Below, piece by piece: positions 26,141 to 39,432 of a stretch of DNA of 64,000 nt. The position numbers were made by a program, and so were the translations under genes. The notes beneath the pieces were generated by a model. It made no database searches and had not been told where the DNA came from. It saw nothing but the letters and a program-made list of their open reading frames with translations. Position 1 is the stretch's first letter. Each line of letters starts with the position of its first letter. The stretch comes from Leucoraja ocellata (lineage: Eukaryota): positions 6,634,001 to 6,698,000 of the forward strand of contig JAWMAR010000015.1 of NCBI GenBank assembly GCA_036785375.1, given 5' to 3'.

Positions 26141-26896
26141 TAAGATAAGCACTCCTGTCTGCTAAGATTTCCTGTCTGCTTTTCCCTCATGGAAGTTCAG
26201 GCTGCTGCGATCTGCTCACCTTTGACCCGCTGTGGAGTCATCTACACTGCATCTAAAGAAACGAGAGGGTGGACCTCTTTGTGAATCTCTTCATGAAATC
26301 TTAATCATCAATGCCATTCCTGGTTCTCTGCAGCTAGGGTGTCTTCCATTAAGAGATTCTGGTTGTTTTAATTTGTGTTAAATGCGCTTGATTTCCTTCA
26401 TCAGCAGATGTCTGGGTCCTGTAAATGGTGTGATGGTGCTGAATCACTTAATGAGGTTCTTCATAAGTCCATGAGTTCTAGGAACAGAATTAGTCCATTC
26501 GGCCCATCAAGTCTACTATGTCATTCAATCATGGCTGGTCTATCTTTCTCTCTCATCCCCAATCTCCTGGCTTCGCCCCATAACCCTTGACATCATTACT
26601 AATCAAAAATCGGTCAATGTCCACCTTAAACTTGGCCTCCACAGCACTCTGGCAATGAATTCAACAGACTTACCACCCTATGACTAAATAAATTCCTTCT
26701 CATCTCCCTTCTAAAGGTACGTCCTTTTATTCTGAGACTAATGGCCTCTGGTCCTAGACTCTCCCACCTGTGGAAAAATCCTCCCCGCATTCACTCTATC
26801 CAGACCACATCTAGTACACCTTTCTCTGCAGTTGACTATCTGTTTAGTTAATTGGTGGTGTGCAGGCCATGATTAATGTGCAAAATTCGTTTCCAG

Positions 26897-27023
26897 GGAG
26901 AGCATTTACAGATTACTGCCTCAGACCACGCCGCAGAACATCATCAAGGACCACAATGCGTACAGCATTGATCCCATCACCCGATACCCCAAGGTCAATA
27001 TCCACATTGTGGACCCCAATCAG
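26897..27023 (+). CDS. MICAL3: MICAL3-like exon 9 ([42 protein letters not shown])
   Basis: ttccag|G..CAG|gttagt; 127 nt. Confidence 0.95.
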
Positions 27024-27093
27024 GTTAGTAAATAATCATTAATGCTCAGTCCACCAACACCATCTTGTCTTGCTAAAGAAAGAACTGCAGTTG

Positions 27094-28210
27094 CTAGAAA
27101 AAGGTAGACACAAAATGCAGGAGAAACTCAGCGGGTGAGGCAGCATCTATGGAGAGAAGGAAATGGCGACGTTTCGGGTTGAGACCCTTCTTCAGATTGA
27201 TGTCAGGGGAGGGGGTGGGACAAAGAAAGAATGTAGGTGGAGACAGTGGGAGAACTGGGAAGGGGGAAGGGGATAGAGAGAGAGAAAGCAAAGGCTGCCA
27301 GAAGTTAGATAAGTCAATGTTCATACCCCTTGGGTGTAAACTACCCAAGGGAAATATGAGGTGCTGTTCCTCCAATTTGCAGTGGGCCTCACTCTGACAA
27401 TGGAGGAGGCCCAGGACAGAAAGGTCAGATTGGGAATGGGAGGGGGAGTTGATGTGCTGGGCCACCGGGAGATCAGCTTGGTTAAGACGGACTGAGCGGA
27501 GGCGTTCAGTAAAACAATCACCAAGCCTGCGCTTGGTCTCGACGATGTAGAGAAGTTGATACCTGGAACAGCAGATGCAGTAGATGAGGTTGGCAGACTC
27601 CATCCAAGGACCCAAACTGTCTTTCCAGATGAGGCAGAGGTTCACTTGCCCCTCCTCCAGCCTCATCTACTGCATCCGCTGTTCCAGGTGTCATCTTCTC
27701 TTCATTGGCGTGACCACGCGCAGGCTTGGCGATCGTTTTGCTGAACACCTCCACTCAGTCCGTCTTAACCAAGCTGATCTCCCGGTGGCCCAGCACTTAA
27801 ACTTCCCCTCCCATTCCCAATCTGACCTTTTTGTCTTGGGCCTCCTCCATTGTCAGAGTGAGGCCCCGCGCAAATTGGAGGAACTTCTTCTTTTTCTTCT
27901 TAAGTCCTTTGCTCCTCTAGGGAGCATAGGCCATTGACAAATTGGAGCACCTCATATTTTGCTTGGGTAGTTTACACCCCAGCGGTATGAACATTGACTT
28001 CTCTTACTTCAGATAGCCTTTGCTTTCTCTGTCCATCCCCTCTCCCTTCCCAGTTCACCCACTAGTCTTCCTGTCTCCGCCTACATTTTTTCTTTGTTCC
28101 CCCTCCCCTGACATCAGTCTGAAGAATCGTCTCAATCCAAAACGTAGCCAATTCCTTCTCTCCATCGATGCTGCCTCACCCGCTGAGTTTCTCCAACATT
28201 TTGTGTCAAC
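27094..28210. mobile_element. Penelope-like element fragments (GIY-YIG endonuclease end plus tail) as an inverted pair
   Basis: Minus ORF LIYCICCSR..LYIVETKRRLGD and plus ORF LIYCIRCSRC..IGVTTRRLGDRFAEHL..DLPVAQHLN. Confidence 0.8.
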
Positions 28211-31200
28211 CGTCTTGTCTTGCGTCTTACCAGGAGAACAGGGACTCTTGCTGCAGCTCCAGACTGCTGGGAGACATGGTCTCCTCTGTCCAACACAGCA
28301 GTAACCACAGTACAACTTCCGTCATACAGCATTAAACCCAAGTCAGCACCGCTCTATGAACTATTATAAGCCCTAGTTCAGCAGTCAACCTGACCTCCTC
28401 ATCACCACAGCACAAACATAACCCCAAGTCCTAGCCACAGCCTCCTCCAACACTCCTGCCCTCCATTGGATCCAGGCTCTATCCGTAGCCTTTTCCGAGA
28501 CCCCTACATTGGATGTAAACCAGCCACTAATGATAAACCTGTTTCTTGCCCTCATCAATTGCTGGACCTTTTGACCATGGCAGTGATGGTTGCACCTTCC
28601 TTGCTAAGACATAACCCCAGCAATCATGCCTGATTGTATGGATTCAAAGCCATGCTAGTGGATCAAAACTGGACGTCCATGAGGACTCTGTCCCTTTAGC
28701 ACCACCAAAACAAGCCCTTCTGCCCAACTCGTCCATGCCAACCTATGTGTCTATCTGAGTTTGTTCCATTTGCAAATGTACACCTCCCCAATCTGTAACC
28801 TCATGGCCCGACATACGCGTCCCTACCCATGCCTTCAGTGAGGGGTATGCATTGGGCATGCCTGAAATCGAACAACGGATTACATGTGTGTAGAAGCCGA
28901 GGCAAACAATCCCGCAAGGTCAAAACTCTGCATTCATGCCCTGAAATGTAGTGAATGGCGCTGGGCAGTTGGCCCTCCAGTCTGAGGAGGCAGCTTTGTG
29001 GCTATCCCTAGCGCAGTGGAAACAGGACACAATGTGCTGGAGTAAGCGGGTCAGGCGACATCTCTGACGGAGAACACGGATAGGTGATGTTATGAGTCGG
29101 GAAACGGGACCCGTCTTCCCGCTCAGCATAGAGGAGCCCGGAAAAAGCAAGGTTGAAATGTTCATCCAGAAGAGCCGATGGTTGATTCACTTGCCTTCCT
29201 CCTCCGGAGGCATCCCTGCTCTGCAGCACAGCGCTGTAGTCAATCAGATCCTTTGTGTGTATCATGGAACGCATGAGTGACAGGAATCGACGGATCCAAA
29301 AGACCCAATACTGAGGAAAGGTTTGTGCTCCCTCAGCAGCTATACCTCGGGCTGCTTTGCTGTTACAAACCCGACCGTGTGGAATAATGCCCAAGTGTGT
29401 CCTCTCAACAAGAGGCAGGAGAAATCCAACTGTTTATGAGCAGCATTTCACCATCATCTTCCCGCAGCGAATGCAGGAAGGTGTTGCCGACTTCAGCTCT
29501 AACCTGCCTGCTCATGTTTAGTTTATCTGCTCCAGGCCGACACAGCTCCAGGCAATATTACATTCTTGGTCCACACATGAATGAAGAGCCAAACTTCAGC
29601 ACCGATGTGAGAGACTGTCCCTGAAGTCAAGGGAGCTTTTGACCCGAGAAGCCTCCGGTGAAAGGAAGAGATTGTGATTCCTGCAGTCCCCAGAACATCA
29701 GTGAATCCAAGGCACTACCACTTGAGTCAATGCATCTTCTCTGCTCACTGCCCAGTGGTCAATTCTATTTGATGTCACTCACTTAATGATGCAAGAACAA
29801 GGGAAAGTTGGGCATGAACTATGTAATGATTGCGTTTAACAACAGTTTCTTGACTTGGCATTACCTTTGTCTGATAACCGACCGCTGACACTGTGGATGC
29901 ATCAATCAGGGGCCCAGGCCCCTGCTCACTATCACCACAAGAGAAGTTGGGAAACAGGACATCTGCCGCCCCCAGGGTGTGACTCAAACTTGACTCCCTG
30001 GCGCTGCTCCCCCTTTGGAAAGCGATAAGCAACAGTGGGGCAGAACACTCCCCACCTGTCTGGATGAGCACCAGTCCGATGACTCCTAAGAAGTACGACA
30101 TCAATCTGGAAAAAGCAACCATCCTAAAAACCTCATTCCACCATCAGCAGTGGTGCGTGCCAGGTACAGGAAGTACTCTGGCAACGTATCAAGGCTTTTT
30201 TCACAATACTCCCCAATGCCCAGCACTTTGGAAAAGGGTAGAAGGTACGTGGGAACGGCAATTTCCGGAGGGACTCTCCCGCAAACCTGAGTCTGAGCAC
30301 TGGAATGCATCAAGAGATAAAGGGCCATACTCTACTGCACGGGGGGGGAGCACCCATGACGGATGGACTGCAATGAATCTCCCACCTTCTCAAGGACGAT
30401 TAGGAATGGGCAAAAAATGTTGTGAACATGAGCAAATCACAAAAATACCTCAGGATGAAGATTTCCACATTTCCTTCTCGTAAGATGCAATGCATCGTCT
30501 GACATCATCAGACCAACAGCAAAACTAGTCTCCCGACCCCGTCTTTCCTCTGGCCCCCGTTGCTCAAAGGGTCCCTTCCCTCAAGCTCTGCCTGAAGCAG
30601 TCGGCCTTAATCTAAACGCACCTTCCATCCAATCCAACCTCGCATCCAACATCAGGAAGTTAAACCTTCAATGCCCACAAGCTCCCATGGCACTCTGATG
30701 CAGGAGGAACCGTCACCCTTGCTCTAGTCCTCAGTAACGCCCTATCAGCAATAACTGAGCCAATTCCAGCAGCTTGTTTCACAGCAGCAAATTTGACCTG
30801 CCAGACCCAGCACCCAGCAGTTACCATGAACACAACCGCACTCCTCGGGTTTAGTCCTGATGCTACAGAGGATCCAGCCCTAACAGTACAACTGAAAACA
30901 GACAGCATCCGTTATGCCCTCTCACAGCAGACTAATTCCCCACCCTACCCTGAACCTCCACAGTCACCCCAACGTATCAGGGAACCGAGCCAAACCCATC
31001 GGGCGGATGGAAGGGGTGGGATTGGGAGAGGGATAGTTGGCGAGCTTTCAGAGGAGGCTGATGTTGGATATAATTCCGCACAAGGGTTGCTGGTAGCAGT
31101 CCTGCTTCCTGACCTGCGATCGATACTCTCCAGTTAACTGGTCCTGTTCCATCTCACTCGCGTTTCCGTAGCTTTGGAGGTTTAATGGGAACTGGCTCCT

Positions 31201-31436
31201 CTTCACAACGGTCTCTCCCAGGAGGGGCTCCAGCTTCTAATGCCCCTTTACCCAAGGCTTCTTCCCCAGGCCCCGACCTCTCTAATATTTACCCTTTCTT
31301 GGCTGCATGGGTGGGTAATAATTATTACACTCTCAAACATCATCGGCACTAATCCTGCAACAAAGCACTGGTATTTATCGCCCGTGCTGAAAGCTTCAGC
31401 CGCAGCAAGTCTGACGTATCCCTTTGCTTTTGGCAG

Positions 31437-31530
31437 GTACGGCGCTTGTGGATCACAGCCGATCAAAAGCTCATTGCAGCACCCGAACCTCCAGAAATTT
31501 CAAAGTCACCACGCACGAAGCAGAGCACCG
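31437..31530 (+). CDS. MICAL3: MICAL3-like exon 10, MO-CH linker (VRRLWITADQKLIAAPEPPEISKSPRTKQST)
   Basis: tggcag|GTA..G|gtgagt; 94 nt; phase 0 to 1 fits exons 9 and 11; VRxL start like VRHLY. Confidence 0.82.
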
Positions 31531-32329
31531 GTGAGTGAAAGAAGTACAATGTGAGATCCCAAGGGAATGGAGACTGGGATTGTCACCAACGATGACCTTC
31601 CACTCAATGATTTTGTTGTTTTAGCAATGGCTCGGTCTATAAATGTCCGAGAATGTAAGCGTACTTTAAAGGGTCAGGAGCAGACCTGTTCAGTGGCAGA
31701 CCTGTAGTTCCACAGGCCCTGCACTGTGGAAGAACAATGCTCTTCAATCAACTTCAACCAACCTGAGCAGCACCTTAATCCGGGCACACCTCTAGTAGTG
31801 CCGTGGAGTTGCTTCCAGTCTGGTCCTGTTACTCCCTAGTTCTTGACTGACTCATTCAGTCCTGTGCAGACTCTCCTAACCTACGTATCATATCTGTATG
31901 CCCTTGCCCATAGTCATAGAAACAGAACCTTCAGCCCGCCATGTCCATGCTGACGTTTTTTGGCCTTCGGCACTTATCTTCATAAACTTATACGGACTAA
32001 TTCCCGATCCTCTCTGACTCTCAGCACATCCTTCCGACCTTGCTTTCCAGAACCTCTGCAGGCTGTTTTATTGCGCGTCTGATTGCTCTACTTACCGTGC
32101 ATCTAGTGCCAATGTCCTTGATGTTGGCTCCTTTTCTGCAATTCCTCCACAAAATGGATTCACAAATGTGACAATGATGTTCTCAGATATTTGAGTGGCA
32201 GGATCACCGTATAGCGATGCCTTTACAGGTCTCAGGACCTAGTCACCTTCCCTGATATATTTCAATGATTTAGACTTAAATATAGAGTATGAATGATTGG
32301 ACTAATTGCAAATGGTACAAAAATTAACT

Positions 32330-32850
32330 GCTAACATAGAATACAGACATATAACAGCACAGGATGTCTGCGTCAAATATGATACCTGCTTAAACTAATG
32401 CTTCCTGCCTGCACATGCTTCACATCCCCCCATTCTGCATAGCAACGTGCCTGTCTAAACGTTTCTTAAACGCAACAATCATAATCTGCTTCCACCATCA
32501 TCCCTGACAACACATTCCAGGCACCTATCGCTGTCTGTATAAAAGCTAAAACGTGCATCTCCTTTGAACCTTTGTCCTTTGACCTTATAGCTATGTCCTC
32601 TACTATTTGAAATTTCCACCCTAGGAGAAATAGAGTCATAGAGAGTGATACAGTGTAGAAACAGGCGCTTCGGCCCAACCTGCCCACACCGGCCACATGT
32701 CCCAGCTACACTAGTCCCACCTGCCTGCGCTTGGTCCATATCCCTCCAAACCTGTCTTATCCATGTGCCTGTTTAACTGTTTCTTAAACGCTGGGATAGT
32801 CCCAGCCTCAACTATCTCATCTGGTTCCATACACCCACCACCCTTTGTGT
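32330..32850 (-). mobile_element. Nested CR1-derived 3' fragments / SINE tails
   Basis: cacattccaggcacctatcgctgtctgt..gaccttatagctatgtcctcta and aaacaggcgcttcggccca. Confidence 0.6.
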
Positions 32851-33617
32851 GAATGTTCTGGCAATCTACCTTATTTACGTCCCTCATAACTTATCATTTC
32901 TATCAAGTTGTGATTCGTTTCATAGTCTGTGCAAAGGTTGGCTGGGCGGTGGTATTGGTATTAGTAGTGGGGAGGAAAGCTGTGGGTGGCAGGGAGTTAT
33001 CAACGAATTGCACGGAAGAGCAACAATCTGTCAAAGGAAGTTCGGTCCAGAGCACGAGGCAATGGTTTTGAGAATGGCCGACAGTGCAAGGGGAGAGAAT
33101 AAGTGTTTTGGTGCCAGGCCATTGGCAGAGAGTCAAAGAGATGGGGATGCTTAATGAAATGTTGTGAGTCAATAGAAAGATTCAAAGCGAGGTGGGTGGT
33201 GCTTTTCAGCCTGAGAGTAGAGGGAATCTGGAGCTCTTGCCTGAAGCCCTAGTTGGATTGGCAACCCTCATCGCAAATATAACATATCTGGGTGACGAGT
33301 CAATAAGTTTGTATAATGGGTCTGAATAGCATTTCCTCAGTCAGCAGAGACATGGTTGCCTTAAATTCAGACACTGGGCTGACCCTGCACCCTGTCTTGT
33401 AATCTCATACCGGATGATGCACCAAGGTTCCTAAGATCCCGTTCCAGTACAATCCTGATCAGATTTACCTCACACTGCACCAACCCCCATTGCTGCACCT
33501 TTCTCCATGACCCATCTAGCCTGTACCGACCCTCCTGATCACAATCCCTGCAACTGCAACATTCTCACCCCCCTCCCCCTAAACCATGTGCTAGTAATGC
33601 CTCCTTTCTGTTTACAG

Positions 33618-33765
33618 AAACCTTGGCACGGTCAAATGTGTTGCTCGCCTGGTGCCAGAAGCAAACGCAGGGCTACAAGAATGTCAACGTGGTTGACCTG
33701 ACGGCATCGTGGAAGAGCGGACTGGCGCTCTGTGCCATCATCCATCGATACCGCCCAGACCTGAT
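33618..33765 (+). CDS. MICAL3: MICAL3-like exon 11, CH domain ([49 protein letters not shown])
   Basis: tttacag|AA..AT|gtgagt; 148 nt; type-2 CH motif. Confidence 0.95.
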
Positions 33766-34951
33766 GTGAGTGTCTGCAGCCGCGTCTTGCCTGCTTTGAG
33801 GGGCCAGTGGGGAACTGGAACCATTACATACAGAGCTCCACCTCTCCCGCAAAAGGTGGCCTTCGTCAACAAAGCCAATTTTTACTGCTGGCACTCAGGA
33901 TATGCAGCAGTGGTGACGTACCAATTATTATTTTGAATTTGGGCTCCACGTACGTTATTTTGGGATGTTTGGATGCAACTGAAGCTTATGTTGTGGTCTC
34001 ACTGGAGTCTTCTGTTCTGTGTGCGTGATGCGCTTTCCTGTCTAGGCTGGCCTCTCACTGAAATCCAATGCAGAATCCTTGAGTGTCCTATCAGCAGTGT
34101 GAATTAATTAGGTCAATGTGTTAGATTTTGATTACCTTCTGGAACATGGCCAGCATTTATTACCATCCACTGAGAAATGTTAGAAGTGAATGTTTTCATA
34201 GTGTTGATGGGGGATGAGGGTTGTGGGATTTTTAAGGACGTGACAGATGATGAGTAATCTTAGAGGAGTCTTGCTTCCTTTGACCTTCTGGATAATAGAG
34301 TGCTCTAACGGGTGAGATGTCCACTGCATCTTACCTGTGTGATATTCCGATGGAGGAAAAAAATGTTAGTCTCGGTAACGGTGAGAGTAAACTCACAGCA
34401 TTGCATACAGCCATCAGGTTGATACGGTTTTTTTGAGGGCTGGGGAATCTGCCTTCTTAGTGGCTGATGGGCAAAGAATGCTTGCATTTCATGACACCAG
34501 GCTGCTGTTAATATTGTAAGATACTGGAATGGCTTAGTTTGCTGTGCCGTTCAGTAAGTCTGTGATCTGATCTTAGTCCTGAACTCCTGTGCCCCATATT
34601 GAAATTATTTCTGTTACCTCAGCCTGTACTAAGTGATTCGGCATCCAAAGAGTCACAGCCCCTGAGAGGAAATAATTCACCTTAAATAGAATTAAATAGA
34701 ATAGGTAGAATTCTGAAACAATACTACCTAGTATTAGATTCCCTCCCCCCCCACCGCCACCAAAGAGCAAAATCTTACCAAACCCTGTCAGCCATATTTA
34801 AGCAAGATCACCCATTTTCCTGTTCTGGACCGTAGCTGATTCACTTTTCAGTGCAAGGGCAACTTGTTCAGTCAGTCAATCCACCCAGCAAATCCTGTGA
34901 CTACCTGACCGATTGATCAATTAACCAATGTTCCTTCCCGTTTGCCTGCAG

Positions 34952-35145
34952 CGACTTTCAGCAGCTGAATGAGAGGAACGTGGAGAGCAATAACCAGCTG
35001 GCATTCGACATTGCCGAGCGTGAGTTTGGGATTTCGCCCATAATGACGGGGAAGGAGATGGCATCCGTGGGTGAACCGGACAAACTGAGCATGGTGATGT
35101 ACCTGCTGCAGTTCTACGAGATGCTCAAGGACATCTCTCCTGATG
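34952..35145 (+). CDS. MICAL3: MICAL3-like exon 12, CH domain ([60 protein letters not shown]..)
   Basis: ctgcag|C..G|gtgagc; 194 nt; [19 protein letters not shown] matches MICAL3. Confidence 0.95.
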
Positions 35146-35206
35146 GTGAGCAGATGCATTCAGTGCATTTTATTTGAAAAAAATCCGCAGTGTTTAGTTT
35201 AGAGCA

Positions 35207-35450
35207 TAAAAACATAGAAAAATAGGTGCAGGAGTAGGTCATTCGGCCCTTGGACCCAGCACCGTCATTCAAAATGATCATGGCTGATCATCTAAAATCA
35301 GTACACCATTACTGCTTTTTCCCCATATCCCTTGATTCCTTTAGCCTTAAGAGCTAAATCTAACTCCCTCTTGAAAACACCCGATGAATTGGCCGCCACT
35401 GCCTTCTATGGCAGAGAATTCCACAGATTCACAACTGGGTGAAAAGGTTG
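35207..35450 (-). mobile_element. CR1-like 3' end
   Basis: catagaaaataggtgcaggagtaggtcattcggccc..gcagagaattccacagattcac. Confidence 0.8.
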
Positions 35451-37290
35451 TTCACCTAGTATAGCCATGATATAAATGAATCTGTGACCTCTTGGGGGGG
35501 AGGGGGTTGTGGGGGCTTGTAGCAATTGACCCTTATTGTGATTGTCCACAATGCAAAGCCACGTCACCTACTCGTGCATCCATTGAGAATTGTTACTTGA
35601 AATAAAATTATGTTGATTTATTTACGTTTTACCCACATCATTTCCATACGAGCAAATTTTATTCTGTATCTCAAATTTTTAGACAATGATTTATGAATTC
35701 CACACAGGTGAATTTCCGTTATTTAGAGAACAGTATTTGTATTACGAGGGCCGAATTGTTAATCACACACATTCTATCGGGCGCTAGAGAACCACTTCAA
35801 AGTTACTTTGAAAATTAACAAGCAGAATAACAGCTGCCTTGGGGAAAAGAAATTGCTCCCATGCAACCTGCTTGCAATAATCAGACACCATTCTCTCTTA
35901 AGAACACAATTCACTGCTGGAGGCCTTGAGAATAGTACCTTGTCACTTTTATGGAACTTGTGCAATGGAACTCAATTAAATAATGTTCCGTGTCTTTAGC
36001 TTGCAGTAACAAAACCAAACTTAAATACCTTTATTTTTGAAAATCCTGTGCGAAAAATAATGTTACACCCCCCCCCCCCCCTTTTTCTCCTTTGGCACAA
36101 TTGTTTTATAACACAGTTTAATAGAGCGCAAACCTTCTTAGGAACACAACGTTTGCTTTATAGCAGAATTATCAGTGAACTTGTGTTAAATAACATCTCC
36201 ATTTTGTGGTGATACAATCATTTTGTTAATTAACTAATACTCCAGGGTATAGTAGTACAGTTTTTGTGGTAAAGGACTAATACTCCAAGAGTAATATTGT
36301 CGTAGTGTTAAGTGGTTAATGCTCTGGTCTGTACTGGTCTATTTGTGGTTAATACTCTGGTCTGTACTGGTATTCAAGCGTTTGGTAAGTTTAGTCACAT
36401 TCGTTAGATTTGTACACCAGCTACTCCACCTTGTGAAAGGGCCACTAATCCAGGATGTGGCTGCTGATGTGTGATTATTAGCAAGTGACATGTGTTACAG
36501 ATTGAGCTATTATCGTGTTATTGATCAAGTACCACGGTCTGGACCAATGGTCGGAAATCGTGAGTTTGAATGACACCATAGGGGAACAGATTTAAATTGG
36601 CGTGCTTAAGAATCAGGGTCGTAAGGAGAAAAACAAATGCAGTAAGTGGTTAGCTTCAGGGGCGTATACCACCAGATTCAGAGGCAAGGGAATTGGAAAA
36701 GTCTGGAAGAGAAAAAAATTGCAGGATTAAGTGAAAGAGCAGGCAGTTAGGCCAGACTGAATTGTCGCAAAGAACCGTCAATGATTTGATGAGCCGGATG
36801 CTCCTTCAATGATGCATTTGTTTGTGGCCTTTAATTAAGGTGGTTATTGAGAATATTTACCAATGTATATCATGCAATCACAGATTCCAACACAGAATTC
36901 TTAATTCTAAGCAAGAGTGGCCATTACCTGATACTCTCCCCAAAGTCCTGCATAAAGAATAACCCCAGTCTCTTCAATCGTTTCTTTTAACTACAGCCCT
37001 CCATTCCAGGCATGATCCTGGTGAATCTCTTCTGCGCTCCCTCTGTACCCACATCCTTCCTGCAGTGTGTGGTGACTGGAACTGTACTAGCTTGATTCCA
37101 GGCACCTGTTACATGTATCTACTGTTCACCCAGAATATGAAAGAAAGTGGGTCTAATTTAGAGTTTGTTTCAACAGAACTGGTTTAAGTAGCAGGCTTTG
37201 TTCATATAGGCGGCTTGTCATCAGCTGTACTGACTCATTCTGCGTTTGCAGCCACTGGGCTAAAGTTATGAATGGACTTCTCCCCTACAG

Positions 37291-37397
37291 AATACCTGCT
37301 GGGATTTCACTCGTCCACCATTGGGGTTACCACAAAATCGCCCATCTCGTTCCTCACCAGGCTGGGACAGAATATCACACGAAAACGGATGCCAAAG
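37291..37397 (+). CDS. MICAL3: MICAL3-like exon 13 (EYLLGFHSSTIGVTTKSPISFLTRLGQNITRKRMPK)
   Basis: cctacag|AA..AAG|gtaagc; 107 nt, ends in phase 0; matches MICAL3 SPISFLSKLGQTISRKRSPK. Confidence 0.9.
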
Positions 37398-37714
37398 GTA
37401 AGCTTCTGAGGAGAGGGGAGGGAAGTGTTGCCTGCTCATTTGTACCGGTGATTCTGCTACCACCGGGTAGAAGAACAAGGATGGATCTGGTTTAGGTTCC
37501 ATCACTTCTGGACGTGGCATCACAAACGCTGAAGGTTGTGAGAGAGATCAGTAGTTGTTTAGACTGAGCCAGTAAAGACTGATCTTCAAAGTCAAAGGTG
37601 GAGAGAATTAGACCACCGCTCCAGGGAGTTGGAGTATTTAGTTTCCTACACATTCTGTGTTCCTGACATAGGCTTACACATGTCCTGAATAAACATCGAG
37701 GTAAACTAGTGCCT

Positions 37715-38225
37715 CCCATCACTTTCTATATCGGTGAGACCAAGCGGAGGTTGGGCGATCGTTTCGCCGAACGCCTCCGCTCAGTCCGTAATAACCAACC
37801 TGACCTCCCGGTGGCTCAACACTTCAACTCCCCCTCTCACTCCGTATCCGACCTCTCTGTCCTGGGTCTCCTCCATGGCCAGAGCGAGCAACACCGGAAA
37901 TTGGAGGAACAGCACCTCATATTCCGCTTGGGGAGTCTGCATCCTGGGGGCTTGAACATTGAATTCTCCCAATTTTGTTAGCCCTTGCTGTCTCCTCCCC
38001 TTCCTTAGCCCTCCTGCTGTCTCCTCCCATCCCCCAGCCTTCGAGCTCCTCTTCCTTTTTCCTTTCTTCTCCCCACCCCCCCCATCTCCGATCAGTCTGA
38101 AGAGGGGTTTCGGCCCGAAACGTTGCCTTTTTCCTTCGTTCCATAGATGCTGCTGCACCCGCTGAGTTTCTCCAGCTTTTTTGTGTACCTTCGATTTTCC
38201 AGCATCTGCAGTTCCTTCTTAAACA
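37715..38225 (+). mobile_element. Penelope-like 3' fragment (GIY-YIG)
   Basis: YIGETKRRLGDRFAERLRSV..DLPVAQHFNSPSHS..GLNIEFS, plus the ctgaagagggg..cccgaaacg tail. Confidence 0.85.
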
Positions 38226-38229
38226 CTGA

Positions 38230-39020
38230 TCTTCACAGTGTTCACCAGTGTCCATTAATCCACTCCTGATTGCATTCAATATTATCCACTAGACTAGACC
38301 ATCCACAACTAGCCCATTAATCCACTCCAATGTTTACTAGTCACGCCCATTGTCCAATGAGTTCACAAGTGCCCAAAACCCCACTTCCCACCTGTGTACT
38401 ATTGGTCACCTTTAGCTGAGTTTGCAAGAGTTTTCTAGTGCACTTCCTGCTTGCCATGTCACTGCTCCTCATCCCACTTTGTGCTAACCTTCACAAGCCC
38501 ACTTCACACTGTGTTCACGTATCCATAGGCCCACTTCACACTGTGTTCACGTATCCATAGGCCCACTTCACACTGTGTTCACGTGTTCACAAGCCTACAT
38601 CACACTGTGTTTACGATGTCTGCAGGCCACTTCCCATTGTGTTCAGGTGTCTCCATGAGCCCACCCCACTGTATTCACTACTGCTCACCTTCAGCTGTGT
38701 TTATAGGTTTTGACTGACACACTTCCTGCTCTGTTACGCCCACTGCCCCACGTCCCACTTTGAGCTAACATCCTTGAGCCCACACCCTGTTGTTCACAAT
38801 TATCCAGGCAGCTGTTTCACGCCGTGTTTGTGAGTATTCACAAGCCTACATAACACTGTGTGCATGAGTGTCAGCAGTCTCACGTCTCACTGTGTTCATC
38901 ATTATCCACCAGCACACGTCACACAGTGTTCACAGGTTCTGCAGATCCACGCCCCGTTATGGTCACAAGTATCTACAGCTAATTTCACGCTGTGTTCGTG
39001 AGTACCCACTGTGCGCAGGT
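38230..39020. repeat. Degenerate ~32-nt minisatellite (gcccacttcacactgtgttcacgtatccatag)
   Basis: Near-perfect copies from 38497 to ~38585, degenerate copies on both sides. Confidence 0.75.
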
Positions 39021-39358
39021 TTTGCAGGCCTTACAACATAGACCATTCGGCCCATCTAGTCCATGGCCGTGGAGGCCCACATGCTTGGTTGGCGCTGCGT
39101 TCAAAGGCCATTTAGCCATCTCTGTTGCTTTAACGCGTGCTAGGGCAGCAATGTCCACCATTCTCCAGTAATGCTGCTATATTGTCACCCTTCACCAGTG
39201 GCCGCTATCCAGTTCTCGTCATGTCCCTCCACCAGACTGCAGTCACACCCTCGAGGACACTACCTGCTCTTCCACTGAGGTGCCGACCCAGGGATCCAGG
39301 GGATCGGCACCGACCCCCAGCATCAGTTGATCAAATTCTTTCTGTGTTTCTGTTTTAG

Positions 39359-39403
39359 GCTGATGGAGAACTTGGGGCAGGAAGCTACTTGGCAATGAAA
39401 CAT
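39359..39403 (+). CDS. Micro-exon 1 (A-type flanks), ADGELGAGSYLAMKH
   Basis: tctgttttag|45 nt|gtgagttagttcagg; phase 0-0; no stop. Confidence 0.7.
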
Positions 39404-39432
39404 GTGAGTTAGTTCAGGTAGAGGGAACGTCA

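Noticed and set aside
37252-37290. Alternative upstream acceptor (tttgcag at 37251) for exon 13
   Set aside because: Introduces an in-frame TGA (CC ACT GGG CTA AAG TTA TGA); the 37290 acceptor gives the MICAL3-homologous frame.
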